From Promethearchaeota archaeon (lineage in GTDB: Archaea > Asgardarchaeota > Lokiarchaeia > Sigyniarchaeales > SOKP01): DNA of 64,000 nt. Positions 42,322 through 52,437 of this stretch are shown piece after piece. The position numbers and the translations under genes were made by a program. The notes under the pieces were generated by a model. That model worked only from the letters and a program-made list of their open reading frames with translations, was not told the origin of the DNA and did no database searches. How positions within the stretch are numbered: the first letter of the stretch is position 1; each line of letters opens with the position of its first letter. The stretch covers positions 96,001-160,000 of the forward strand of contig JAEOUA010000012.1 of assembly GCA_016839555.1 (NCBI GenBank), given 5' to 3'.

Positions 42322-42342
42322 TTTTTTTCAACCTCTTTTAAA

Positions 42343-43830
42343 TTAAGGAAGAGCTAATCTTCCAGGATGCATTATCATATTAGGATCAACTAACTTTTTA
42401 AAAGCTCTCAAATATTTCCAGTACATTCCCGCTTTGCTATATGTTAACGGTGCATGAATATAAGGATCAGGTCTATAATTAAGCCATCCTTGTTCTAATC
42501 CATATTCTGTGGTCTCTCTGTTGAGTTCTTGTACTCTTTCAAAATCTTCAGGATTAGTGGAATCAAAGCATATAATTGGCATGCAAATCGCTTGTCTACC
42601 ACGTTCAATGGAAGCAACCCACATTGTAGGGGGAAAACCGTATTTCTCCATCGCATTACAATACATTTCTGAGAAATGTGCACATTCATTCCAAGGAGTA
42701 TACCAAGTGATAAAGAGGAATCCCGCATCATAGAAGCTATAAGGAATCGCAATTTTATTAGGTTTCCTTAATCTGCTTGCGATCTGTTTCGGATGGAGTT
42801 CCCACTTCTTTATTGCATCAGGATCTTTTGCTCTATTTTCTTTATAATCCTTTGCCATTTTATCAATTCTATCTGTCACATAATCCAATTCTTCTTGGGT
42901 TTGTGCCCAGCATTCAAAATTCATCCACCACTTAGAAATTCCAATCTTTTCATAGAATTCATAATTTTGAGGGATTTTTTCTTTTGGCCAGCGAGTCATA
43001 ATCAATGGATAATTTCCTCCCTGAACCATAACTGTATTATGTGCTATTCCAAATTCTTGTTTCTGGATCTCTAGGGTTAGGTCTTGCATATCGTAAGGAT
43101 TAGACATGCCCCAAGCAACTACAGTTTTAAATTCTGGATGCGGATAAATCTTTACCGCAACTTTAGTAATCACGCCAAATGCTCCTTGGCTTCCCATTAA
43201 TAATGACCACATATCAGGGCCTATCCCATATTTATAGAAAGGTTTAGAACCAGGAAGCGCCCAAGATCCAGTCCTTAAAATATCTCCGTTTGGAAATACT
43301 ACTTCTGCGCACATAAAATTATCTCCCTGGGGTCCTACGCTTGAAGTATATAGGGAAAATCCCCTATCAATCGCGTCTCCCATAACAGTTGATGCTGGTG
43401 GAGCTCCATCCGGTATAGGTGGTGCCCAATCAGGAGTATGCTTATGCATCCAAGCCCATAATCTTCCAATAGTTACTCCTGGTTCCACAATCGCATATCG
43501 ATTTTCTTCGTCAACTTCAAGAATTCTATCCATTCGACTTAAATCCAACATAACTCCCGCCGGGTTAATGGTTGGACATGCAAACCCTCCAGAGAGTCCT
43601 CCAGAGATAGGAGAGACAGCAATCTTTTCTTCTGAACAATAAACCAAAATCTTTCTAATTTCTTCCACGTATTTTGGTCGCAACACGATATCGGGAATCT
43701 GAGATTCCAAGCCCATTACGGATTTTGAGAGATAAGATGCTGTAATGGCTTCATCCATCGATGCGTAGGCCTTACCCACAAACGATTGTAATGCCGAAAA
43801 GTCCTTTTCAGTAGGTGCTTTATAACTCAT
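42343..43830 (-). CDS. FAD-binding oxidoreductase (GlcD/VAO-PCMH family)
   Basis: PDIVLRP, LDLSRMDRILEVD, VEPGVT, GSQGAFGVITK, DPNMIMHPG. Confidence 0.88.
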   Translation of the reverse strand: MSYKAPTEKDFSALQSFVGKAYASMDEAITASYLSKSVMGLESQIPDIVLRPKYVEEIRKILVYCSEEKIAVSPISGGLSGGFACPTINPAGVMLDLSRMDRILEVDEENRYAIVEPGVTIGRLWAWMHKHTPDWAPPIPDGAPPASTVMGDAIDRGFSLYTSSVGPQGDNFMCAEVVFPNGDILRTGSWALPGSKPFYKYGIGPDMWSLLMGSQGAFGVITKVAVKIYPHPEFKTVVAWGMSNPYDMQDLTLEIQKQEFGIAHNTVMVQGGNYPLIMTRWPKEKIPQNYEFYEKIGISKWWMNFECWAQTQEELDYVTDRIDKMAKDYKENRAKDPDAIKKWELHPKQIASRLRKPNKIAIPYSFYDAGFLFITWYTPWNECAHFSEMYCNAMEKYGFPPTMWVASIERGRQAICMPIICFDSTNPEDFERVQELNRETTEYGLEQGWLNYRPDPYIHAPLTYSKAGMYWKYLRAFKKLVDPNMIMHPGRLALP

Positions 43831-44170
43831 TTTTTTCAGCTTTTTCTTTTTTTTTTCAGTTACTATTATATAATATAAATATTAATTATAGAAATTAACA
43901 ACAAAATTTTAAGATTATCAAAATGCTTTTAATAAAAAGAGTAATAATTTCTTATAATTTCAATCATATAGATTTAAAAGGGAAGTGAAAGTCTAACTTA
44001 TAAATTCTAATGGGGTGTTTTATAAAAAAAGAAAAAATGAACTAAAATTATCGATTTTTCTGTCTGCTTAACGTATATAAGGCAAATTCTTATTTAATCG
44101 GTAGCTTTTGTCATGTCTGTTATTATTTTTCCTGCTTGAAAGTAAAGTCTTCATTTACCATTAAAATATC

Positions 44171-44629
44171 TCATGAAGCACATTCAGAGCATAAATTCTC
44201 TTTTTTATTCCAACATTTATCACAGACATACCTCTGACACTTTGGGCAAAGATTAAAATGCTCTTTTGCTTTTTCCTGACTTTCATTGAACACTTTTTCA
44301 TGTTCTTCATGCCATTTATCGGACATACCTACATATTTTTTTTCAAGAGCGTTAGTACCGGTCCTAATTGCTGTTCTGACTCCTCTTCTAACTGCATATG
44401 AAGTGGTTCCTCTTAATACACCTCTAGTTCCTCTTCTAATTGCACTTGATGTGGCTAAAGATGCTGCAGCTCCAAGCCCTTTAATGAGTTTTCCTTTCTT
44501 GCCTGTTTTTGCTTTTATAAATTCTGTTTTATAACCAATTCCACCACACAAATCACAAAGGAATGTAAATTGAAATCCTTTTTCATTACTCTCATCTTGA
44601 TAATTTTTTGTAAAAGGTGTTAATGCCAT
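44171..44629 (-). CDS. Zinc-ribbon protein with Gly/Arg-rich central helix
   Basis: FQFTFLCDLCG..., CPKCQRYVCDKCWN..LCSEC. Confidence 0.75.
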   Translation of the reverse strand: MALTPFTKNYQDESNEKGFQFTFLCDLCGGIGYKTEFIKAKTGKKGKLIKGLGAAASLATSSAIRRGTRGVLRGTTSYAVRRGVRTAIRTGTNALEKKYVGMSDKWHEEHEKVFNESQEKAKEHFNLCPKCQRYVCDKCWNKKENLCSECAS

Positions 44630-44983
44630 TTTATTTCACTTTTTTTAATACAATATTGTTTAGTGTTTATTATATTTTTGATATATGTTAAAGTTAGAAA
44701 GGATATACCCATTATTAAATGTTTTCATAGGAATCTAAAGGTCAATTTAATTCTTTTCATGGCTTTAATATAGATGTTTTTCATGTAAATCAGTTTTTTA
44801 AAAGTTTTTTACTCAAAAATTAAAAAAAATGGTTTTCAATCAAAAAAGTTGATATAGATAATAGCTTTATCGCGTTGGAATCATTTATAATTTATTAAAG
44901 ATTTTCCCGTTAAAAATAAAAAGTAAAAAAGGAGAAACTTATAATTTCTAATAGGAATTTTATATTATAGAGAAAAAAAAGGC

Positions 44984-45433
44984 TTAAAAATCATCTTTTT
45001 CACTACTGAGAGGTTTTACTCCCGTAGCTAAGGAGCTCACATTAAAGAGTTTCCAGTATCCATCTTTATTTTTTTTGAGATGTACCGGACTTGCAAAGTC
45101 TTTACCTCCACTTTGCACAAAAATTTTAGACTTTTTTGCCCCTCGTTTAGAAGAATCTTCCACTATTATAGGATCATTATCATAGGAATAGGCATAATCA
45201 TTATCGGGTGTCCCTCCCAAATATGAGCCGGTATTATGCTTATCAAATTGATATTGCAAATAGTATTTTACATTAGAACTTATTTTATTTTTTGGTAGAG
45301 TCATTGCAATCATTTTTTCAGCATTCTCATTCCCATCTAAATATTCTAAGACTCCCATTAAAAAACATTTTATAGTTCCCTCTTCTGTAGTTCCTAATTC
45401 GTTCCACTTTGATTCAAATTCTGCAAATTTCAT
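44984..45433 (-). CDS. Conserved hypothetical protein (DUF6935-like)
   Basis: SYLGGTPDNDY, KIFVQSGGKD..PVHL..YWKL; family name from recall. Confidence 0.6.
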   Translation of the reverse strand: MKFAEFESKWNELGTTEEGTIKCFLMGVLEYLDGNENAEKMIAMTLPKNKISSNVKYYLQYQFDKHNTGSYLGGTPDNDYAYSYDNDPIIVEDSSKRGAKKSKIFVQSGGKDFASPVHLKKNKDGYWKLFNVSSLATGVKPLSSEKDDF

Positions 45434-45626
45434 AATTCATCTTACCAATTTTTTTTTTAATAAAATAAGGAGTATGAATAAATAAAAACTATTCTTTTTT
45501 TCTATTTTGATGTTGGTGTTTAAAATCTCTTTCTTAATAAAACCATTTGATAGAAATATCGGCATCTATGTAAATCCATACAATATTGAATATATAAAAT
45601 TCACTCTAAATAGTAGCTGTTGAAAT

Positions 45627-46448
45627 CTACGTTAATCTTTTTGTTTTTGCGAATTCATTTCCCAAATATGCTCCACCTAGCGAAGCTATTGCAACAAATG
45701 GCAGAAATGAAAGTATGGGATAAATTAAAATAGAAGCTATCGCACCAAGGGCAAAAAGATGAGCTATTATTATCAAGATAAAATATATAATTGCGTTAAG
45801 GATACTTACCTTTAAATTTAGTAATATATACCCTGAAATAAAGTTTCCTATGCCAAACAAAATTATAAGCTCAGCAAATAGTCCTAGTACTAATATCGGT
45901 ATGGTTTGTTTAACCAAATTTTCAGGTGTTATATATATTGGGATATTTCTTAAAATAAAATTCGCAAAAACCCATATATTTATTATTGTCAGAACAACAC
46001 CTATGCCTATTAATACGATAATAGATATAATGAATCTCAAAAGAAGTGAAGAGGTCCCTCTTCTTCTTAAATTGTCTTTTATTATATCATCCATTTTCTC
46101 TCGATTTTTCACTAATTCAAGATCGTAAGCCGGCGAAAATTCATCAATGAAATCCGTCAACAGAGTTTTTAATATTGTTTTAACCAATCCATTATTATCT
46201 TTTATACTGACAATTGCGGCTCCAAAAATATTTTCTTGAGTATTTAATTCGAATATTACTTTGCTATCTTTACCAAGGTCGACAAAATCTACAATACTCT
46301 CTAATCCTTCTCGGCTAAAATTCACGACGGAACTGAAAAAGCCCAATATTAAATTTTCATCAAAAGGTTGCTTAATAAAGCTCTCTGAATATAATAGCAT
46401 ACCATTTCGACGCAATATATATAAACTTTTAATCAATTTTCTTCTCAC
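45627..46448 (-). CDS. Longin-like N-terminal domain fused to ~4 TM helices
   Basis: SLYILRRNGMLLYS..DENLILGFFSSVVNFSRE longin-type pattern; hydrophobic C-terminal half. Confidence 0.65.
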   Translation of the reverse strand: MRRKLIKSLYILRRNGMLLYSESFIKQPFDENLILGFFSSVVNFSREGLESIVDFVDLGKDSKVIFELNTQENIFGAAIVSIKDNNGLVKTILKTLLTDFIDEFSPAYDLELVKNREKMDDIIKDNLRRRGTSSLLLRFIISIIVLIGIGVVLTIINIWVFANFILRNIPIYITPENLVKQTIPILVLGLFAELIILFGIGNFISGYILLNLKVSILNAIIYFILIIIAHLFALGAIASILIYPILSFLPFVAIASLGGAYLGNEFAKTKRLT

Positions 46449-46457
46449 TTTTACTTA

Positions 46458-48170
46458 TTATATTAATTTTAAATATTCGATATAATCCCTTAAATTACAT
46501 TTTACGATTTCGAAATTTATTAATTCAGAACCAAATAAATGAACAATTTTTTTAATTACTTGGGTTGCATCCTTTTTTGGAAATATTTTATATTTCTCAT
46601 TCCTACGCTCTTCAATAATTATTACCGAATCAAGATTAAATAATGTTTTTAGAGTCTCTTCCGTTGGATAATTTAATTCAATTTTTATGATTTCTCCCTC
46701 TTGAGGAACTTGGCATGTCAACTCGTCTACAATTCCAACCTCTGTTTTTTTGTCAGTTATAGTAATTACTTTGTCGCAATTTTCTACAAACTCTTCAGGC
46801 CCTTCTACCAAGAATATTACATGAAATTCTTTTTTAATATTATCTAATGCGTTTTTGAATTCCTTATATTGTAATCTGTTAAATATTTCTTCTTGCATTG
46901 AAAACATTATGATATCAGCAGATTGTATAAGAGCTCTTGCGATTGAAAAAAGTAAGAAGTCTATTGGTTCTAAATCTTTTACTTTTTGATTTTCTTTAAA
47001 TGTTAATCCTGTTAATTGGAGTATTTTTTTAATAAAATCCCGTTTCTTCTTGAATTTTTTTAGAAAAGTAATGAATTTCCAAAAATATCCTTTAGTAATC
47101 AATTCATCGATTAGAGTTGATAATCCAGCTTCTTGTATTTTAGTTCTTAATTCCTCATCCTCAAAACTCGATTCAAATTTAATCTTTATGTTAGATTTTA
47201 TTGCATCCTTGACTTTCTGGTTGGAAATTTTTGGTTCGATTGGTTTAGGTAACACGAAGATTCTCTTTTGATCTTCTTGAGAGAGTAATTGTACAAATTT
47301 TCCAAAAAATTTTATAGTTCCAGAGAAAACTTGCTCTTTACCCGCTATAGCATTATATAATTTCATTACATTTGCCTTTTCAATAAATTCCTCTTTTTTG
47401 GTATTGAATAAAATTCCTATTGATTGCCCTCTATGTACTTTAAGCGAGATATTATTAATTAATTGCCCAGTTGAAACTTTTTTTAATAATAAGATTTGAT
47501 ATTTTTTATAATACTCCACCAACCTTAATAGCTTTAGAATATAATTAATTAAGTGGTCTATTATATCTGTGATATGAGGTGGGTTTAATTCCTCCCAATT
47601 TCTTAATTCCTCAAAATCCAAAAAAGTTTCTAAGTTGATAATTTTTAAAAGGTTTCTTGAAAAGTAAAAAGTAGGTTTTAAAGGATACTTTTCAAGATCC
47701 ACCTTTAATTCCGTAGAAAACTCAGGAAAATATAGTATGATCTCCCTAAAATATGGAATATTATCGATAGCATAATTTTCAAATCTTTGGTCTATTAATT
47801 TTACCTCCATATCTAATATTTTTAAATGATATTGGAATTCCCGTTCTATTAACTCATCAATCCGATTAATAATTTTCATTGGACTTATCAACCCGTCATC
47901 ATCAAAATCGGGATCTATCAAAACATCATTAAAATCAACTTCCGTCTCAATTGGGGTATATATTTCTAAGATGGGCATTGCTTTCTCCAAAACATCCTGA
48001 TTAGGAAAGAATAATATCTCAATATAGCTCCTTTTATAATCCAAATCCAAAATGGTTGATACTCCGAAAGTATCTTTTTTATAAATCATCCAATAATGCT
48101 CAGAATGTCTGATAGTAGTATTTATTTTTTCCCGAATTAACTCTAATTCTTCCTTTCTAGTTCTATTCAA
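46458..48170 (-). CDS. UBC/RWD-like domain(s) fused to a degenerate ABC ATPase
   Basis: DLEKYPLKP..LRNW..NPPHITDII; then ISLKVHRGQSIGIL with no Walker A lysine motif, and SIARALIQSADIIMFS in place of Walker B. Confidence 0.6.
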   Translation of the reverse strand: MNRTRKEELELIREKINTTIRHSEHYWMIYKKDTFGVSTILDLDYKRSYIEILFFPNQDVLEKAMPILEIYTPIETEVDFNDVLIDPDFDDDGLISPMKIINRIDELIEREFQYHLKILDMEVKLIDQRFENYAIDNIPYFREIILYFPEFSTELKVDLEKYPLKPTFYFSRNLLKIINLETFLDFEELRNWEELNPPHITDIIDHLINYILKLLRLVEYYKKYQILLLKKVSTGQLINNISLKVHRGQSIGILFNTKKEEFIEKANVMKLYNAIAGKEQVFSGTIKFFGKFVQLLSQEDQKRIFVLPKPIEPKISNQKVKDAIKSNIKIKFESSFEDEELRTKIQEAGLSTLIDELITKGYFWKFITFLKKFKKKRDFIKKILQLTGLTFKENQKVKDLEPIDFLLFSIARALIQSADIIMFSMQEEIFNRLQYKEFKNALDNIKKEFHVIFLVEGPEEFVENCDKVITITDKKTEVGIVDELTCQVPQEGEIIKIELNYPTEETLKTLFNLDSVIIIEERRNEKYKIFPKKDATQVIKKIVHLFGSELINFEIVKCNLRDYIEYLKLI

Positions 48171-51100
48171 TTTTTGGAACCTCCATTGCTTTGTATCTAA
48201 AATATTCTTCCATTTTACTATCAGATTGATTTATTCCCAATATAGAATTATCTCCAAACTCTTCTCCAACTTCCTTCCTGAGTTTAATTTTAGGCAAATT
48301 AGATAAAATTATATAGTCTGTACCTACCTTATTTTCCAGTGCTTTTTTAATTCCTTCTATTGCTTCTAATCTTTCTATGGCATCATCTTGGGGATCATAG
48401 AAAAATAATTCTAATGATCTTCCACCGCCTGGGAGTTGAGATAATAATTCTCTAGGTGTTCCGAAATCTATCATACCACGCCCTCTACCAAAAATAACAA
48501 CTTTATTACAAAACTTAGATTCTTCGGGATAATGGGAAATAACTAATAAAGTGGTATTAAATTTTTCATTAATTTTAGTAAGAGATAGCCATAATCTTTC
48601 TCTCACCACAGGATCTAAACCACTCGTAGGTTCATCAAGGATACAAAAAACTGGATTATGAATTAAAGACATTGCAATGCTTACCCTTCGTTTTTCCCCA
48701 CCAGATAAGTTCTTTAATTTTTCATTTATTTTATCCTCAATTTCAAGACTTCTTAAGGTTCGTTTTGCTTTGCTAACTATTTCTTTTTCAGTCATTCCAT
48801 ATTGTTTTCCAAAATAGATTAAATTTTGAAGAGTAGTAAAGTTCAAATATATTTTTCCTAAATCTTGTGGGACATATCCATAGATCGATCTAAATTTTCT
48901 CTTATTTCTTTTAGCATCCATGCCATAGATTTCGCATATTCCTTTATATTTATGCATTCCTAAAACAGCTTTAATAAAAGTAGATTTTCCAGCGCCACTT
49001 TCTCCTAATATACCCAGAATTTCACCATGTTCTATTTTTAAGGAAACATCATTAACAATCAATTTTCGTCTTATATAGATGTTTAAATTTTCACAATATA
49101 AGGTGGGAAATTTCTTCAAATAGTCTCTACTTAGTTTATCTTTGAAACCGAAAGTAGTTCTTATTTTTTTGACTATATAATTTTTTAAATAATAGAAAAT
49201 ATTAATCAAAATTAATAAAACTAAAAGAAGGCCTTCAGATATGGATAAAAAAGCTAATAAATTATTCCATGGGGTAGGATCAAAGGCTTGATCATATCTT
49301 ATTTCATCAATAAATACTAATGCATAAGCGATATTTCTTAGATCTCCCCCAAAAAAAGCATCATCACCAACTCCACCCGTTGTTTGGCTAATGCAGAATC
49401 GAAACCATCTCACTAAATTTTTTATATGTTCTGGCTGCAAATTATACTCATATAAGGCAATTGATCCAAAATAGGTTCCTAAAAATGAAGATGGTAAATC
49501 CAAAAGCGATGAGAGATATGGTATTACATTAAAACCTCCATCATTAGATTGTGCATTTTTGAGAAATTCCATCGCAGCCATTTCTGATAATGGTTCAATA
49601 CCCAAAAAATTTAGCAATGTTAATCCATAATATGTCGAAATTACATCCGAATGAAACCCATAAAATATTCCAAATCCTCCGTCTGCATTTTGAGAGGAAA
49701 CAAGCCAATGTCTTAAACTTATTGGATTTATGAGGGTTATAGCTTTCAAGCTTGTCAAACTATATACCGCCCAATAAGTACTTTCAATAGTAGATATATT
49801 TGAGTTTACAACATCTAATAAAGGTTCATAAGCAGCACCGAAATAAGAAATAATTATATCCAAGTCTTCAGTTAACTTAAAACCTCCATCGGGATTTTGT
49901 AAGGAAGCTAAATATCGTGCTGTAGCAGTTTCATTATTAATCCAGGTTCTAGTATAAGGTAAGAATAATTGACTTATATAAACTGCACAATAAGTAGAAA
50001 AAACACTAGAATTATATCCTGGTTGAGAACCATAACCTCCATCTACAACATTATAGCATGAATTCACGAAATTTGCTATGCTATTTATATTTATAAATAA
50101 TGGAAATTTAGAACCGGCATAATTATAAATAGATTTTACTCCTAAATAATTACTCAATAGAGAAATCTCCCCAATTAATCCATTCATCGCTTGATGATCA
50201 TATAACCAATTATAATAATTTATTTTTACCGTATCACTTATATTTAAGGAAGGTGAAGCATTATTTTCCAATAACCGGATTGAATTCATGGCAGCCCATC
50301 CTGATTTAAAGTCTGACGTTATATTTGAAAAGGAATGAGATCCGAATCCTCCATCAGTATTTTGACAACTAAGTATATAATTTTTAGTACGATTTTCAGA
50401 TGATGGTGTACTATTAAAATGATATATTGACCATAATGAATAATAGGTAGAACTTATATCAGAAAGACTGGCACTTGATGGAGTTGCTCTATATCCTCCA
50501 TCTAATATATTATATAAAGTAGTAAAATATGTTTTAATCCAAGATTCTTCTGTAGAATTATAAGTATTATTCAACTCTAAATAAGCTTTAATTCCAAAAT
50601 AAGTTGTTTCTGCCGTAATAGTATATGTACGATTAGAAAACCTATAATTCCCAAAAAATGCGATTGTATGATTTCCTAACTCTTTTATATAATTTGTTAG
50701 ACTCTCGTTATTATTTTCCAAAATAGAATTAAAATTTAATAATTTTGCTAATCTTATTCCATAATACGTGGAAATTATATCTGCTTCTTCCGCCTCTTCA
50801 TTGTATTTAAAACCATAGCCATTTTCTGCTAAAGAATCCTTAAGATACTCCTTTATTCTATAAATTCTAATTTGATGAGCGGGATTTTCTAAAAATGAAT
50901 CGCTTAAAAGATTAATTGTTTGTATTGCTTTATAAGTGGAATACATATTGCCTAAACCATTTATATCTGAATATGAACCGTCATCATTCTGTTTTTCGAA
51001 TAAATAATCTAAAAAAAATTGTTTCCTGAAAAAAATTAAATGCGGATTCTTATTAGGATTTATTAAACTAGAATTACTAAATGCGATACTTGAAAAATTA

Positions 51101-51336
51101 ATAGAATCAATCGCTCTATAGTTTGCTACTATAGTGGGTTCAACAAACAAACGACTTGAAGGATTTTGATGGGTATATGCAAAATAGAACATATCAGTTT
51201 TATAAGCCTCAACCTCATTTTCTTCGAAATATATTATAAACTGAGAATTAATTATGAAATAAGTTACTAATTGGCTAAAATAAAGCGCAATAATTATTAT
51301 AACATACGTTAATTGGCGTTTCTTTCTTCTATCCAA
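48163..51336 (-). CDS. Membrane protein: TM - prenyltransferase/squalene-cyclase-like repeats - TM - ABC ATPase
   Basis: About 10 QNxDGGF-type repeats; GESGAGKS, LSGGEKRR, LDEPTSGLDP, ISH. Confidence 0.85.
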   Translation of the reverse strand: MDRRKKRQLTYVIIIIALYFSQLVTYFIINSQFIIYFEENEVEAYKTDMFYFAYTHQNPSSRLFVEPTIVANYRAIDSINFSSIAFSNSSLINPNKNPHLIFFRKQFFLDYLFEKQNDDGSYSDINGLGNMYSTYKAIQTINLLSDSFLENPAHQIRIYRIKEYLKDSLAENGYGFKYNEEAEEADIISTYYGIRLAKLLNFNSILENNNESLTNYIKELGNHTIAFFGNYRFSNRTYTITAETTYFGIKAYLELNNTYNSTEESWIKTYFTTLYNILDGGYRATPSSASLSDISSTYYSLWSIYHFNSTPSSENRTKNYILSCQNTDGGFGSHSFSNITSDFKSGWAAMNSIRLLENNASPSLNISDTVKINYYNWLYDHQAMNGLIGEISLLSNYLGVKSIYNYAGSKFPLFININSIANFVNSCYNVVDGGYGSQPGYNSSVFSTYCAVYISQLFLPYTRTWINNETATARYLASLQNPDGGFKLTEDLDIIISYFGAAYEPLLDVVNSNISTIESTYWAVYSLTSLKAITLINPISLRHWLVSSQNADGGFGIFYGFHSDVISTYYGLTLLNFLGIEPLSEMAAMEFLKNAQSNDGGFNVIPYLSSLLDLPSSFLGTYFGSIALYEYNLQPEHIKNLVRWFRFCISQTTGGVGDDAFFGGDLRNIAYALVFIDEIRYDQAFDPTPWNNLLAFLSISEGLLLVLLILINIFYYLKNYIVKKIRTTFGFKDKLSRDYLKKFPTLYCENLNIYIRRKLIVNDVSLKIEHGEILGILGESGAGKSTFIKAVLGMHKYKGICEIYGMDAKRNKRKFRSIYGYVPQDLGKIYLNFTTLQNLIYFGKQYGMTEKEIVSKAKRTLRSLEIEDKINEKLKNLSGGEKRRVSIAMSLIHNPVFCILDEPTSGLDPVVRERLWLSLTKINEKFNTTLLVISHYPEESKFCNKVVIFGRGRGMIDFGTPRELLSQLPGGGRSLELFFYDPQDDAIERLEAIEGIKKALENKVGTDYIILSNLPKIKLRKEVGEEFGDNSILGINQSDSKMEEYFRYKAMEVPKIE

Positions 51337-52437
51337 TTATATACCACCACTCTTCTCTGATTTCTCGTTTTCAGTATTTTTTAAGTGTTCTTCCTCTTCT
51401 TTAGTTTCTCCAATTTTTATTTCTTGTTCTCTTTCCTTTTCTTCTTCTTCTTGAATTCTAATTTGGAAATATCTTCTAAAATTAGCGCTGTCTCTACTCA
51501 TTGAAATAATTTTTATTCCTTTTTCAAATAAATAATCAATAAATGGATTAATGTTTTTTCCAAAATCATATAAAAAGACCTCTATATTAATATTTCCTAC
51601 TCTCGAAATTCTTTCACAATATTCAAATGCTTTTATTATATCTATTTTCTCTTGAGTTAAATCTTGAATTGTTAATCTGACCAATAAGCCATTACTTGGG
51701 AGTGTTTGGATTAAATTATGGGGGCTATCAAATGCTAATAATTCTCCTTCTCGTAAAATGGCAGTTTTATCACAAATTAGAGCAGCTTCAAGATCATGAG
51801 TAATTATGAACATTGTTGTCCCCAATTTTCTATTAAGTATTTTGAGATAATTTAATATATCGTATCGCTTATTTGCATCAACTCCTGTTGTTGGTTCATC
51901 AAGAAATAACACTTCTGGATTATGAATGAGCCCTATTGCCATAGAAACTCTTTTTTTTTCACCGCCACTCAGCTTTTTTAAAGCATTTTTCCATGTGTCT
52001 TCTGGAATATCTAATATTGAAAATAATTCCTCTGCAACCTCTTTAGCTTTTTCTTTTTTCATTCCATAATTAGAAGCAAATGTTTCAACATTTACTAAAG
52101 GAGATAATTCATAATAGAGATTTAATAATTCTAATTGAGGCACATACCCGATTCTACTCAATATTTTTTGATGGTTTTTCTCTTTTGCTGGATTTAAATG
52201 AGTTACTAACACATCTCCAGTCCAGTTTTTACTTTTAATCTGACAAGTCAACACCCTTATGATAGTAGTTTTTCCTGCACCTGAAATTCCAAATAATCCT
52301 ATTATTTCACCTTTCCTAACTTCAAAGGAGACATCATGAATGATGTGTGCCTTTCCAAATGTGACATTCAAACCCTGTACCTTAACTACTATCTCATTTG
52401 AATTTAATTCTTTTATGATATCCACCTCATACTTCAT
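51337..52437 (-). CDS. ABC-2 type exporter ATPase
   Basis: GISGAGKT, LSGGEKKR, LDEPTTGVD, ITHD. Confidence 0.92.
   Translation of the reverse strand: MKYEVDIIKELNSNEIVVKVQGLNVTFGKAHIIHDVSFEVRKGEIIGLFGISGAGKTTIIRVLTCQIKSKNWTGDVLVTHLNPAKEKNHQKILSRIGYVPQLELLNLYYELSPLVNVETFASNYGMKKEKAKEVAEELFSILDIPEDTWKNALKKLSGGEKKRVSMAIGLIHNPEVLFLDEPTTGVDANKRYDILNYLKILNRKLGTTMFIITHDLEAALICDKTAILREGELLAFDSPHNLIQTLPSNGLLVRLTIQDLTQEKIDIIKAFEYCERISRVGNINIEVFLYDFGKNINPFIDYLFEKGIKIISMSRDSANFRRYFQIRIQEEEEKEREQEIKIGETKEEEEHLKNTENEKSEKSGGI

Noticed and set aside
44040-44170. Slightly GC-richer stretch with broken reading frames
   Set aside because: Possible gene remnant but unidentifiable
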